Shown here one piece after another: positions 22,751 through 34,092 of a stretch of 64,000 bases of DNA. Numbering within the stretch: position 1 is the stretch's first letter; every line of letters starts with the position of its first letter. The DNA is taken from positions 630,048 to 694,047 of the forward strand of contig MU057947.1 of assembly GCA_013265495.1 (NCBI GenBank), in the 5' to 3' direction. The notes beneath the pieces were generated by a model, which had not been told where the DNA came from, ran no database searches, and saw only the letters and a list, made by a program, of their open reading frames with translations. Origin of the DNA: Vicugna vicugna. Lineage: Eukaryota. The translations under genes were made by a program, and so were the position numbers.

Positions 22751-25700
22751 GCGATGCCGGGGACGTCTTCCTGGCCACCCAGAGCAGTGCCTCGGAGGTC
22801 AGTGTGGGCCGGGCAGCTGGATGCTGAGTTCACAGAGGAGGCAGCACTTTGTTAGGGACTGAGTTAGGATTTGAAGCGGGATTTGAATCTGGAGGCAGTA
22901 CAGGTGGGAGAACCAGTGTGGGCGACAGGGACCCTGCAGAGACCCAGTGAGTGGGGCTGGCGGGCAGGGCCCGAAGCCCCGGTCAGTATGTCTAGTCCAG
23001 GGCCCACAGCCTCCGTGTGTACAGGGCCGGGTGGGAAACATCTTCGGCCTTGTGGGCCAGGCCCTCTCTGCCACAGCTTCTTGGCTCTGCTGTTGTGCAG
23101 GGAAGGGGGTGGGCATGGCTGTTTCCAGTGCAACCTTCCTGACAATGGCAGCTGCGGGCCGTTTTGGCCTGTGGGAGCCATGCCGACCGTGGAGATCTTG
23201 AAAGTGCTGTGCGGGGCCAAATGTGACCCCAGTGATGGTTCCAAGTGCTGGGTAATTGCTGGCAAGGTGATGCTGTAGGAAGGAGATGCTGTAAGCAGCA
23301 GTGTGAGCTGGGGCCTAGGGCCTGAGCCCAGGGGTTCCCATGGGAGGATGGACTCCCAGAGTTACATTCTGAGCATGAAAATGGCCAGGGAGGGACACAT
23401 GAGGTCGCTCCATGTGTTAAGTGGGAACGGTCTCTCCTGGGAGAGCGGTGGGGATCCCAGCCTCCCCTGCTGCTGTCCCTCCACTGTCCCCTGTGTGGCA
23501 GTGATGGGCACCTTGATAAGTTACCTGGAGTGAACAGGCTCTGGCAAAGCCGAGCAGGAGTACGTTTGGTCCTGTCTTCACTGCACAGAAATAAAGAGGC
23601 CGATCCCAAGGTAGTATCAACACGTTGGTGAAACCCAAGTCTGCTGTAGCGTCCTCGTTTCTGGTAGGTTGGCTTTGCACCTGCACCTCTGGATGGTCAC
23701 CTAGCAGACCCGGGAGGAGAGGGAGGGCCAGGGCAAAGGCAAGCAGCCCTGGTCTCGACCTCGCTCCTCCAGGCGGGTCTCCACCTCAAGGAAATGTGAG
23801 ATGTTTCGATGTATGCCCTCATTGCAATTAAAACCTTTAGGAATAAGCATCTCACTATTTATAAAGTTAAAATGCTCCTTCTGTAGTATTTCACAATTGA
23901 AAGATGTTTTCATATAAGGCTTCCCTTTAAGTTCCTCAAACTACAGTTGTCTTGAGCATCTGAGAATCCTTTTCAGAGGATCCCCAGATTACTCAGGCCT
24001 GAGACTCAGATCGAAGCCAGAGAGAACTTAGTTGGGCTGGAGCACTGGGAGGGCCTCTGGGGGTAGCATTGTCCCACGGGCAGTGAAGGGGCCCCCATCG
24101 TGGGAGGGGCCGGAGACTTGGAACCAGAGAGGAGAAGGCCAACTCCAGAGCATTAAGGGTTCCCTGTGGCCGCAGTCGGTGGAATGACGTGGCCCAGGCC
24201 CATGGCATGGCCCTGGGGACTGGGTGGCCCCAAAGGGGTGGGAGCATGGGACCTGCAGGCTCCCACCAGAAACATCTCCGTGGGCCTTTCTCCCCCTCTG
24301 CTCTTCTCAGGCTCAGGGTGGAGGGTTCATGGGTCAAATCGAGGCTTAGCGCGGCATGGTTTCCTGCCGGGCCCTTCCCTTGTCCTGTAAATAAATGCTG
24401 CTTGGCTCTTGCTGGAAACCCTGTGACACCCTCTCCCCGCTCCCCTGGGAGGGCTGTGAGCCGGGTCCAGGCACAGAGCTTACGGTCCACAGACCCGCCT
24501 GCCTGCAAGTGTGACAGCCCCCATGGGCCTTTATTGATTTTTAAGAGGAGGAAAGAGGCATATAAAAATTGGACTTTCCAACCTGCTTTGAGCTGAAATT
24601 GGTGCTTCCTGAAGGGGATTTTAATTGGCTGGCTTTGCAGCTAAACGTCTTCTAGCCCATTCCTCCTCCTCCCTCTCCGCCCAGCCCCTTTACTCCGCTC
24701 CCTCCTCGTGAACGGAATTGGGTTCTCCACTGGTAGACCTGCTGGAAGACCTCAGGGTGTTGCTCCACGAAGTTTGAACACCCTGGAAGGGAGACAAAAG
24801 ATGCTGGGAGAGCCGCCAGCTCGCGGGAGAAAGGGCGCCGGGAAGCGGCGTCTGTGCTCCGAGCTCGGAATGACGTCAGCCTTCACGCTGAAAGTCCGAT
24901 CTCCGGTGCCAGTGACAATACTGGCTGAAGAAGTACAAATGTTTTCTGCTTCTTGTAATCTATCTTGCAAATATTACTATTCTGGAAGAAGGATTTATTT
25001 TAATAATGTGAGTTTTAGGAGTGTTTTTTTCTGTAGTTAACGTTGTTTTATTACTCTCCATCCTTGCCAAGAAGCTCATTTTAAGAGTTTTCAATTCAAA
25101 ATTAAATATGACCTCAGTGTTTTAAAATACAGTTACATTAACTGTCCATTTAATCGTTGCTTAAGATTTTTTTGGCCACTAATGTACAGTCAGTGCACTC
25201 GTCTGATATTAAATGCAGCGTTTTCTGCCGTGCTCACCGGCTAACGTCTTCCAGCTGCAACAATAAAGGGGCGCAGGAGAGGCCCCCTGAGACCGAGACC
25301 CGCTCCCAGAAGAAACTGCACTGTTGCCTTACGTCGTGAGCTGCGCTTGTCTTTAAAAACCTCACTGTGTTTGACGATGGGGAGCTATCTGTTACTTACG
25401 TAGGACGGTACAAACCAATTCACAAGACAGCTAATTGAGTGGCAGGGTGTCTTATTAATAAGCCTGGTACCCGAGTCAAAGGGGTCAGCCCTCGTGGAGG
25501 TCAGTCCTCATGTAATGCATGCCTTTTGGAAAGAAAAGAGTAGTGTCTTCAGAACATTTACTTGTTATTTTACCATCTAAATTGAGATATATCCCCTTGC
25601 TAAGATGAAAAATAATTATTTCTTTTGGAGTGCATCGTGACGAAGCCATGGGCAGAGGCCACTTTTGGAAACTGCGGCAGGAGTGGGGCCGTTTCAGCCC

Positions 25701-27309
25701 TGCTCGTACCAGAGGTGTCAGCTCTCCTCTGCGGGCGCACAGGGGAAGGGACCCCCGTCCCTTCATGAAGACGGTGGATCAGACACCGCTGTGGTGGGAG
25801 GCGGCATCACCGGGGCGGGCGCCCTGTCATGTGCTTTGCCCCCGAGAGTCTCTGCTCCTTTGCTCACCACACGTTCCAGAACTCCCAGTCTCCATGGAGG
25901 GGCACGTGTGTCCCCACCTCCTTCTCAGGCTCAGGTCTTCCCCCACCGTCGGTCAGAAGGCAGGGCCTGCAGGAGGCCCTCCGGGGCCCTGTGTGTCACA
26001 GGTGGGGGGTGTCCTCCTCACTGGGACCCCCCCCCTCCCCGCGGAAGTCTGCGGACCCTGAAGGAGCTGAGGGTGCAACATAATCAGTCCGGATCTGTGG
26101 TGTCGTCACCGGAATTCAGCTGATTTCTGTGCAGCCCTGGAATGAAGACAAACCTCCAGTATTCGCTGTTTAAATTCATTTTTTGTTTCATCTCAGCGTG
26201 CAGCTGGTTGCCTTCTCTCTGGAGTGGGGATGGAAGTGCCATGAAGGAAAGCCCGCTTGGTTTCGTGTCTTCGAATCTGAGACACGTCGAGGTTTTGCTG
26301 TGAGTCCTGTCACTGTGAGCAGAGCTGGACCCAGGCCTGCTTCCTGGGCGGGAGCCGACCTTGTCCGTCCGCTGGCTGCCGTGCAGTCTGAGAGGCAGAG
26401 GAGTGTGGCCATCACTGTTTTGAGATCTTTTGGGGTGCCCCCTGCCCTGAGAGAGTGCTTTCAGCAAATTATTCATTGGGAAAATGAAATCTGAAGCGCA
26501 CGTGTTTCTCAGCACACGTGCTGTGGTGGCCGCACTGACACCACCGTGTCTCAGTTACGAATTCGTTCAGCAGGCAGATCCTCAGCACCCAGAAAGCACC
26601 AGTGGGACCCCAGAGCCAGGAGGCAGCCCCAGGACAGTGCAGGGTCTTCATTCAGGCACCGAGAGTAGCCCCGTGGGCAGCCCGTCCACCTGACTTCTCT
26701 GTGCAGCCCAGGCTCGCCCCTGCCCGGGCACGAGGCCTGCCCTGCTGGTGCGCCAAGCCACCTGGGACAGTGCCTTCATCACTCTGGGCTTTGCTTCCAG
26801 GGGCTGGGGCTGGGGTGGGCTGGAAACATGCCAAGACCCAGGCCTCTTACCTGTGTGCGGGAATGCTGTGTGTGGTCTGGACTGGCCACTGAGACATGTA
26901 AACAGGAGCATGTCCTTCCTGCAGAGGTGTGGACTGGTGAAGCCCGGTGGGCCTTTGTGAGCCTGAGACCCTGTGGTGCGTACACCTAGTCTGTCTGCTT
27001 GGAAGCTTCCAGCATATAACAGCTTGGTTGAACACTCAGCTCCCCACTGTCTTTGAGTGACAGGGCAGTGGGCGCAGACTGTAGTCCTGTAGCTAAGGGG
27101 AAAGTTTACAGACTGTACCCAAAAGTGAAAGAGAATAAATTCAGATGTTACCTAGCACGCATACCATCAAGAACAGAGCATGTGAGCGCGTGGGCTTTTC
27201 ACGGTAAGGGGGCCATTTGTTTTTCTTTCCAGAAATGAGCACGAATACTTCAGTGCCATGGAGATGGTCCAGATTAAGGTCTTCGCAACGAAGCCGACTT
27301 TCGCTCAGA

Positions 27310-27480
27310 GCCCAGTTCCATTCCCTCTGCGCTGATTAGTCATCACGTAGAGCCCGGGCCTCGGTTTCCTCTTCTGGACGCAGAGACAGTGATGCCTCCC
27401 CCAGGGGTTACTGAGGGGCAAATACAGAAGCGTGTTCAGCTGTATGTGTGGCTCGTGTTAGGCCCTCAGCAAGCAGCTGG
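27310..27480 (+). mobile_element. MIR SINE (degraded)
   Basis: gggcctcggtttcctcttctgg...caggggttactgagggg core-like segment. Confidence 0.55.
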
Positions 27481-29856
27481 GAGTGTTACACAGGGGTTAC
27501 TTTGAGTCGCTTCCGTCAGCTGACCCTCAGCTTGGTGGACCCAGCCTTTCCAAAGTGCCGTGTCGCACGGTGAAGGTGTGAGACGGAGGAATGCTCTGCC
27601 CTGAGACTTGCGTAGTCAGGTGCCTGAGCGGTGGCTGACCTCGGCTGTGCTGTGGGGAGTCGGGGTATTAAATTGCATGGTGGGGAACCAGGCGTCCTTA
27701 ACCCGTCTTGTCCCCGTGCCCAGGGATGTTCCCATTCTCTGCTGCTTCCTTCTTCTCTCAGCGCGAGCCTGTGGTGGAGAGCAAAGGGCCTCAACGGACG
27801 TTGGCTCATCTCTGTCCCTAAAATCTTACGTCCCAGAGGGGCCCCTGTTTGAAACCCGTGTCTCCTTTTCCCTTAGGTGGCCTTGCAAAGTCTGACTGGC
27901 ATGGAGCAGTCGGCGATGACCTTCTGCGCTGTCGTCCTGTCCTGTGGGCACAGACATTGATTTTCTTATCTTGGCAGGTGAAGGAAGGAGTCTGACTCCT
28001 CTGTCTCTCCCACGCCCACAGCAGAGCAGAGCAAGGCCAGAGAGTCTCTGAGCGCGTCAGAGTGGCAGCTGCAGGGAGTCCAGGTGGCCCAGCAGAGAGA
28101 GACCAGGCTGTAGCGGACACTCAGAGCAGGCGGCTGCTGCTCTGGACCGGGTGCGTTATAGAGTTAGCCTGAAAGGCACTCTCGGCTGACCAGATGCCCC
28201 TCTTGAAATCTGTATGCAGAATTGAGACGTGCCATTCTTGTTCGCGGACTGACTCCTTCTTCGTTCTCTCCTGGGAGAAGGGAGCAGACCTGCTGAATCA
28301 CACAGCTACCTAACCCCAAAGATCCTTTGGGGGAAAGGGTCTCTTGAGGGAGCACCAAGAATTTGATGAGACTAATGGAATGACTCTTTAAAAATATTGT
28401 ATTTTTACAGATTTTTCAACAAATGAACTGAATGTATCCTCGACAGAATTGTAATAAATCTACTTCAGCAGTGATTTGATTAGGACTTTTATTCCACTTT
28501 TATGTTAGCTATTAGTTCTTTTTAAAACTGTTTCATTGCTGATGTGCAAGCATCTTACGTGTAAGAAACTAAATTACGCTGGGAAAGAGGAATGTACCTC
28601 TCCTGTGTGTGCAGAGCGTTCCAGAGCTCCTTTGTTCACTGCTTCGGCAGTGAAAACAAATGCAACACAGACGTAAGGCTATTTGAACTCTTTATTTGCC
28701 ACATTTACAATATTAATAACAGCGTTCCTAGAAGTTGTCACATCAAGTAAAAGATCTTCATTCCAGGGTGTCTTTGGGGGCCAAATTGAGACTGGATGCA
28801 TGCATTTAATAAATTGTAGTCTCAAGTAGTCATTTTTGTAAATAATTAGTTTCGGTGGAAGAATAAGTTAGCATATTGTATGCATCTAATGTTGCAAATG
28901 TACACACAGCAAACTTTGCTATTAATCAACAGTCAAGCACCGCAAGTGGGGTCTCATACATAATGAATTGTGCTTAAACCTCATGGGTTTCTTGATAGAA
29001 AAATAAAAGAAAACACAAGTGTAGTAAGCTTTTGAATAAAATTTAACTAGATTGCTCTGCATCCTGTAATTGTTTTGGAATCATTAGGGACCTGATAATT
29101 CATCTATAGTTTTGGGGTGTTTTTATCTTCATCTGTCAAATACTAGAGATTTTTAATGATATGTTAAAGTGTTGATAAAATGCAGTTTTCCTTTTAACAA
29201 TTGGAACATTTAGGGGAGAAAGTAGACGGGCTTTTTTAAGGCATTCTAGTCTGCCAAGTGTACTGCTTGAATTGTCTCTTAAAGATATGTTTTATTACAG
29301 CTGATGTATTTTCAAGAATCAATTATTTTTAAAAAGGAAAAACATACGATTCATAAATAAGAACTTCATTTAGAGAGGAGTTGAAAATTTACATAAAATT
29401 TTCGCTGCGTTTCTGGCGCATGTTTTAAAATGCGACAGTGAATTCCTCTGTAGTTTTGTTTGGGTTCTGAATCTGACATTAATTTGAGCCCCACATTTTG
29501 AGGGCCTGGGACGCCCATTAAAAACTGATCTCTAATGTTAACTGATCTGTGACCACCCAGAAAGTGAGGGAATTGGGGCCCAGTTAAATTTTAAACTGCG
29601 TCTTCCTCTCCATAACGTTGACCTTGGGACGTGAGCCACTGGTGGCCTATGGTAGCATCATCAGTGTAGAATTCATGGGGGGGGGGGCAGGCGTGCAGCC
29701 CGGGGCAGGATTTCCGTCTCTGCTGTGAACCGGGTGGTGACACCTCCGTGAGGCTTTGCTGAGCCGACCTTCGAAACTCCAGCTCGCCCTCCTGTTGGCT
29801 TCCTGGAAGGGAGGGTGGGCCACCTTCGATGCTCAGGCCTCTTGTGTGTGACAGGA

Positions 29857-29882
29857 GCCTCTGCCTCTGCCTCTGCCTCTGC
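29857..29882 (+). repeat. (GCCTCT)4 hexanucleotide repeat
   Basis: Directly visible. Confidence 0.85.
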
Positions 29883-32800
29883 GGAAGGGTCTTTGGAAAC
29901 AGGCAGTGAAACCAACACGTGACAGTCGGCAAGCTCATGGGTCAGTGGCAGGCGCTCTCGCCCCAGGGACCTGAAGTGCAAGTGTCGGTTGTATCCGTCA
30001 TTTGTATGTAAATGTAGGTGCGTTGCTGGTGTTTCATACGCGAGCATTCATCTCCTCCCTTTCTCCCTCCGTGGAGTACCTGTTGCTCTGGGACGGTGTG
30101 AGAAAGCAGTGGGACAGCCCGCGAACCTTGCAGAGCGGTGCCTCCGCCTTTGGCCCCGCCGTGTGTCCGTCGATGCGCCCGTGGACACACCTCTTGTTTT
30201 TCACCTTTGGCCCACTCAGCTGTATCGTTTGAGGTCTGTGTTTCTTACTATTGGCATCGACACTTTTTCCTTTTCCTACACTGGGTCCTAATGTAAGTCT
30301 AGAGAGTTGAAATAATTGTATAAACTCCGTCACACCTGCACCGCGCCGCTGCCCAAATGGCGCCGGCCACCGGGCAGTGTCATGGAGCCGTCCCTTTCGC
30401 TGTTCGTCATCGGGTGACAAGGAGAGTCCAGTGGGCGTGGGAAGGGCTCCGTGAGCACACCCCTCAGGAGAGGCGCCCACACCTCGGGGCTTTCCCTTCC
30501 CCGCCCCTGCCCTCCCCGCCTGCCCCGTGTGGCTACAGACCCCAAGTTGGTACTCCTGCCTGCCGATGAGCCTTGTACCTGATGGGTCCTCAGTAATTGC
30601 TTGAATGGAATCAAACCACTAAACTTAGGTGGCATCTAGAGTTCAAAGGCTTTATTCAGCTTTCTCATTTAAAAAAACAAAAAGACCTTTACTGAAAGCA
30701 GGTAGCGTGATTTGTCCTCAGTCCTACCGCTGGAAGAAACGCATCTGAGCTTCAGCAAGGAGTTGTAATTAAGTGCAGGGTAAATCCTTCAGACACAGAC
30801 ACAGGGACTCTGCCAGGGTCCCGCCGAGCGGACACAACTGTGCTTCCCGGTGCCCGTCGGCGGGGTCTCCACGCGGTGCTTCTCACGCCTCCTCCCCTGC
30901 AGTTCTGCCTGCCTGCGCCTGAGGCCTGCGCGCTGCCCCTGGGTACTGGACCCCTGCCCTGCACACCGTGTCCTGGAGGCCGGTGGAGCCGAGAGTGCCA
31001 CCGGGTGCCTGAGCGGCGTGCAGCCGGGGCTCAGGGTGCCTGTTCACACTCAAGGTTGTGTTACAGCGCCCGTGCGCTTTCTTGCAAACCGGTCTCCCAG
31101 CCTCGCCAGAGGTCACCTTCAGGGCGCCTCCCTGCCAAATTCCAGAAGGTCTCAGAAGAATACCAGCCTTTGTAACTCTCTTCTTGGGTGACCGTCCAGT
31201 GTCACCAGTTAACATTCCCAAACCATAGGACCCTCATCCTCACAAGAGAGAGATGTTGGGAAGATACTGGGGTCAGAAAGAGGAGTGGCGCTGGGATGCC
31301 CAGCACCCTCGGCAGATGTCACACAGCCCACCCGCTGGGCCTAACTGAGGGTGCTGGCCAGACAGGAGTGGCTGGAGACTTGGGGCCTGTTCTCTTACAT
31401 CAGACGGCTTTAAGCCCAGTACGTGGTGTCTGAATGTCTGCGGGGAGCAGGGCTCTTTCAGCAACGAGGAGTCTGATTCTTGACCACCAGTGGAGTCCTG
31501 CGGCCCCCAGCAGTCTGAGCACCCACGTCTCCCACCCAGCTGGGTGGGCTTAAAGTGCCGGCACGCTTGTGATGTGGGATGGACTGGCAGGCGCAGAGCT
31601 GGGAGCGCTCAGTCAGCTGTCCTGGGGGCGGGCGCCCACACAGCGGGGCTTCCCTGCGACGAGTGTGTGCATTTGAGCGCTAGGTGAGTCGCTAGGCTCC
31701 CAAGGACGACGTGGATGTGGGATTTAAACAAGTGTGGGCCACGGAGCCCATAATGATTGGGGTTTCAGGGCTTGTCGGTGGGGAGACAGGAGAAACTCCT
31801 CCACGATGAGAGGGGCCGTGAGTGATGCTGTGGTCCTGTCACACCGCAGCTCTTCCAGTGACGAGCAGAGCGCGGTTGCAGGAGAGGGCAGGGCAGGGAA
31901 TAAATTTCATTTTACTGTAGAAATGGAAATTTGTGTCATGGCTTTAAAAATCTGGTTTTATGTGTGTGTTTAATGCCATTCATTTTAAATGTAGCACCAT
32001 AAATCCTTGCTTCGGAATCAAAGCTGTTTAATTACATTTCACCCATGAATAGTTATCTAATGCCAATAGAGAAAGAGTTAAAAAGGAGAACTACAGAGTA
32101 AATCAGAGGTTGAGATCTTTAGCACAAGCATAAAAAATCAATTTAAGATGAATTTTACTACTATAAAAATTCTTCAAGTATCCTTTTAAGAGAGGGAAAT
32201 GCTCGGAAACACAGCTCACATTTCAATTCCCTTAGCGACCCGGAGGAAGCGGCCAGCAGCGTGGGCAGTGCCCCAGGACGCCCGCCGCTCCCTGGCCCTT
32301 CCCGACACCGCTGAGCGGAGCGGGGCGTCGGAGTAAGACTCACGACTCCCGGAAGCAAGCAGGTGGCTGGTGGGCACAGACGCCCCAGCCCCTCAGTTGA
32401 AGATTCTGTCTCCTGCACTGTGTGCCCCCGACGCGGGGAGCCCTGTTGACAGCGTGTGACGGCCAAGCAGACCCCCCATCCCTGGAGACCACCCAGGCCT
32501 GCATGTCGCCTGCCTTTGCTGCTGCATCCACTGGCATCCCCACCCCGCCCGGCTCTGCGGAAGGTGCCAGGCCAAGGTGGTGACGCTGGGGTCCTGAGGC
32601 GTCCCGGGCCCTGTCCTACTCCCCGCAGGGTCAAGGGCGCTGACATGCGGTTTGAGCGCGGGCACCTGCGTGCTCCCTGGGCGTGTTCTTCGTCTGGAGG
32701 GAGCTCGGTCACCCCGTCTCTCCACAACCCCGTGAGCAGGGCGGCAGAGCACGTGGCCCTTCTCCGTCTTTCTTTCCTGGTACCATCAGCACACTGTCAC

Positions 32801-33931
32801 TCAGTAAGTGGGAAGCAGAGCAGCAAGAGAGTGACCAGGAGTTTCTCTGATGGGAAAACATCTCAGGCCAGCGCAGGAGAGAAGTCCCCTCCTTTCTATG
32901 GTAGACGCCCCAGTGGAGAGAGAAACCAGGGCAACAAGACAGTTTCCATCTCATGGGCATTTCTGTGGGATGCCATTCTGCTGCCGGCTCTGCAGACCCC
33001 TCTCTGCCTGTGCAGTGAGCCCATCCGTGCAGCCCCCTCCTCGCCCCCCGCCAAAGCCGGCAGCCTGCAGGAGCCCTGGGCCTGCTCTGTTCAGCTGTGT
33101 TGTCCGCAGGACCGCCCGGATGGCCAGCGGTGCTGGGCCTGGGCCTCAGCGGCCCCCGTCTCCCTGGGCATCTCGGTGGGCTCATTTCTCCTTTATCCAT
33201 TCATTCCCGGCTTCCTTCCTTACTGCCACTCACAGTCATGCTCTTACACAGCCTTCCCCAACCCCCCAACTCCATTTGTGGAAAACGGCATAAAGGGGAC
33301 CTCTGTGCATCCCATCCAGGGAAGTTTATTTCTGGAAAGATGCAAGGACCTTGGAGACTCAGACCTGCAAACGCTGAGGCCCAGACCCCAGCACAGGACT
33401 GCTCATGAGACTCTGCTTAAAGGTCTCGGCCGCTCCCCGCTGCTTGTAGGATGGTGCGTGCGCATTTCCAAACCTGCACGGCCCTGCCCGCGCTGGGGCC
33501 CCGCTCCTCCGAGGTGGGCTCAGGCCCGTGTCCCTGGGCACTCCAGCCGCACCTGTCACACCTGTGCTGGGCCGGGCCGAGTGGGCGTGGCCTCCCCACT
33601 TCATTCAGGCTCCCGCCCCCAGGGGTGCTGGGGGGGTTGCTGGGGTGGGGGGCCTCAGGAAGAGCTCATCGCACCGACATCGCAGTGGCTCACCTGCTAG
33701 GGTGCCCTCCCTCCTAAGTGCCTTGTGTCAAAGACTGTGTCTCTGAAAGCCTGGAGGTGGAAATGTGGGTGAAGTAGCACCCAGGCGTCTCGCACCTGTG
33801 CTCCCGCCGTCATCCCCTACTGTCCCAGCACCCATGGTACATGCAGCTAGTCGAGACGCCCCCGGCCAGGTGCAGTGGCGTTCCCCGTGTGCTTCTTGGG
33901 GTGTATTAAGGTCCTGTTATCCCTTTTGCAG

Positions 33932-34092
33932 CCCCGCGGAGGCCCCCACTGGTCCTGAGCTGCCCGGAGGCCCGGAGGGAATGACGGAGCCCCTGACGCA
34001 GTGCGCGGCCTGGCTGGAGGCCTATTTCCACAAGCCCGCGGTCCTGGAGGAGCTCCCGGTGCCGGCCCTTCACCATCCCATTTTCCAGCAAG
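33932..34092 (+). CDS. MGMT: MGMT internal coding exon (human exon 3 equivalent), N-terminal domain
   Basis: Acceptor cccttttgcag ends at 33931; donor caag|gtcagt starts at 34093. 161 nt, phase 2 in, phase 1 out. Translates [53 protein letters not shown], matching mammalian MGMT EPLxQCxAWLxAYF...PALHHPxFQQ, including the Zn-ligand His85 equivalent (cac, 34071-34073). Confidence 0.97.

Noticed and set aside
20563..23609. Cluster of 150-224 aa overlapping ORFs on both strands
   Set aside because: Low-complexity GC-driven composition, mutually overlapping, one crosses a MIR, and no homology recognised.
32456..33700. 414-aa ORF, the longest in the window
   Set aside because: Non-ATG start, Pro/Ala/Gly/Ser/Arg-rich, no recognisable domain, overlapped by ORFs in other frames. 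Expected in stop-poor GC-rich intron.
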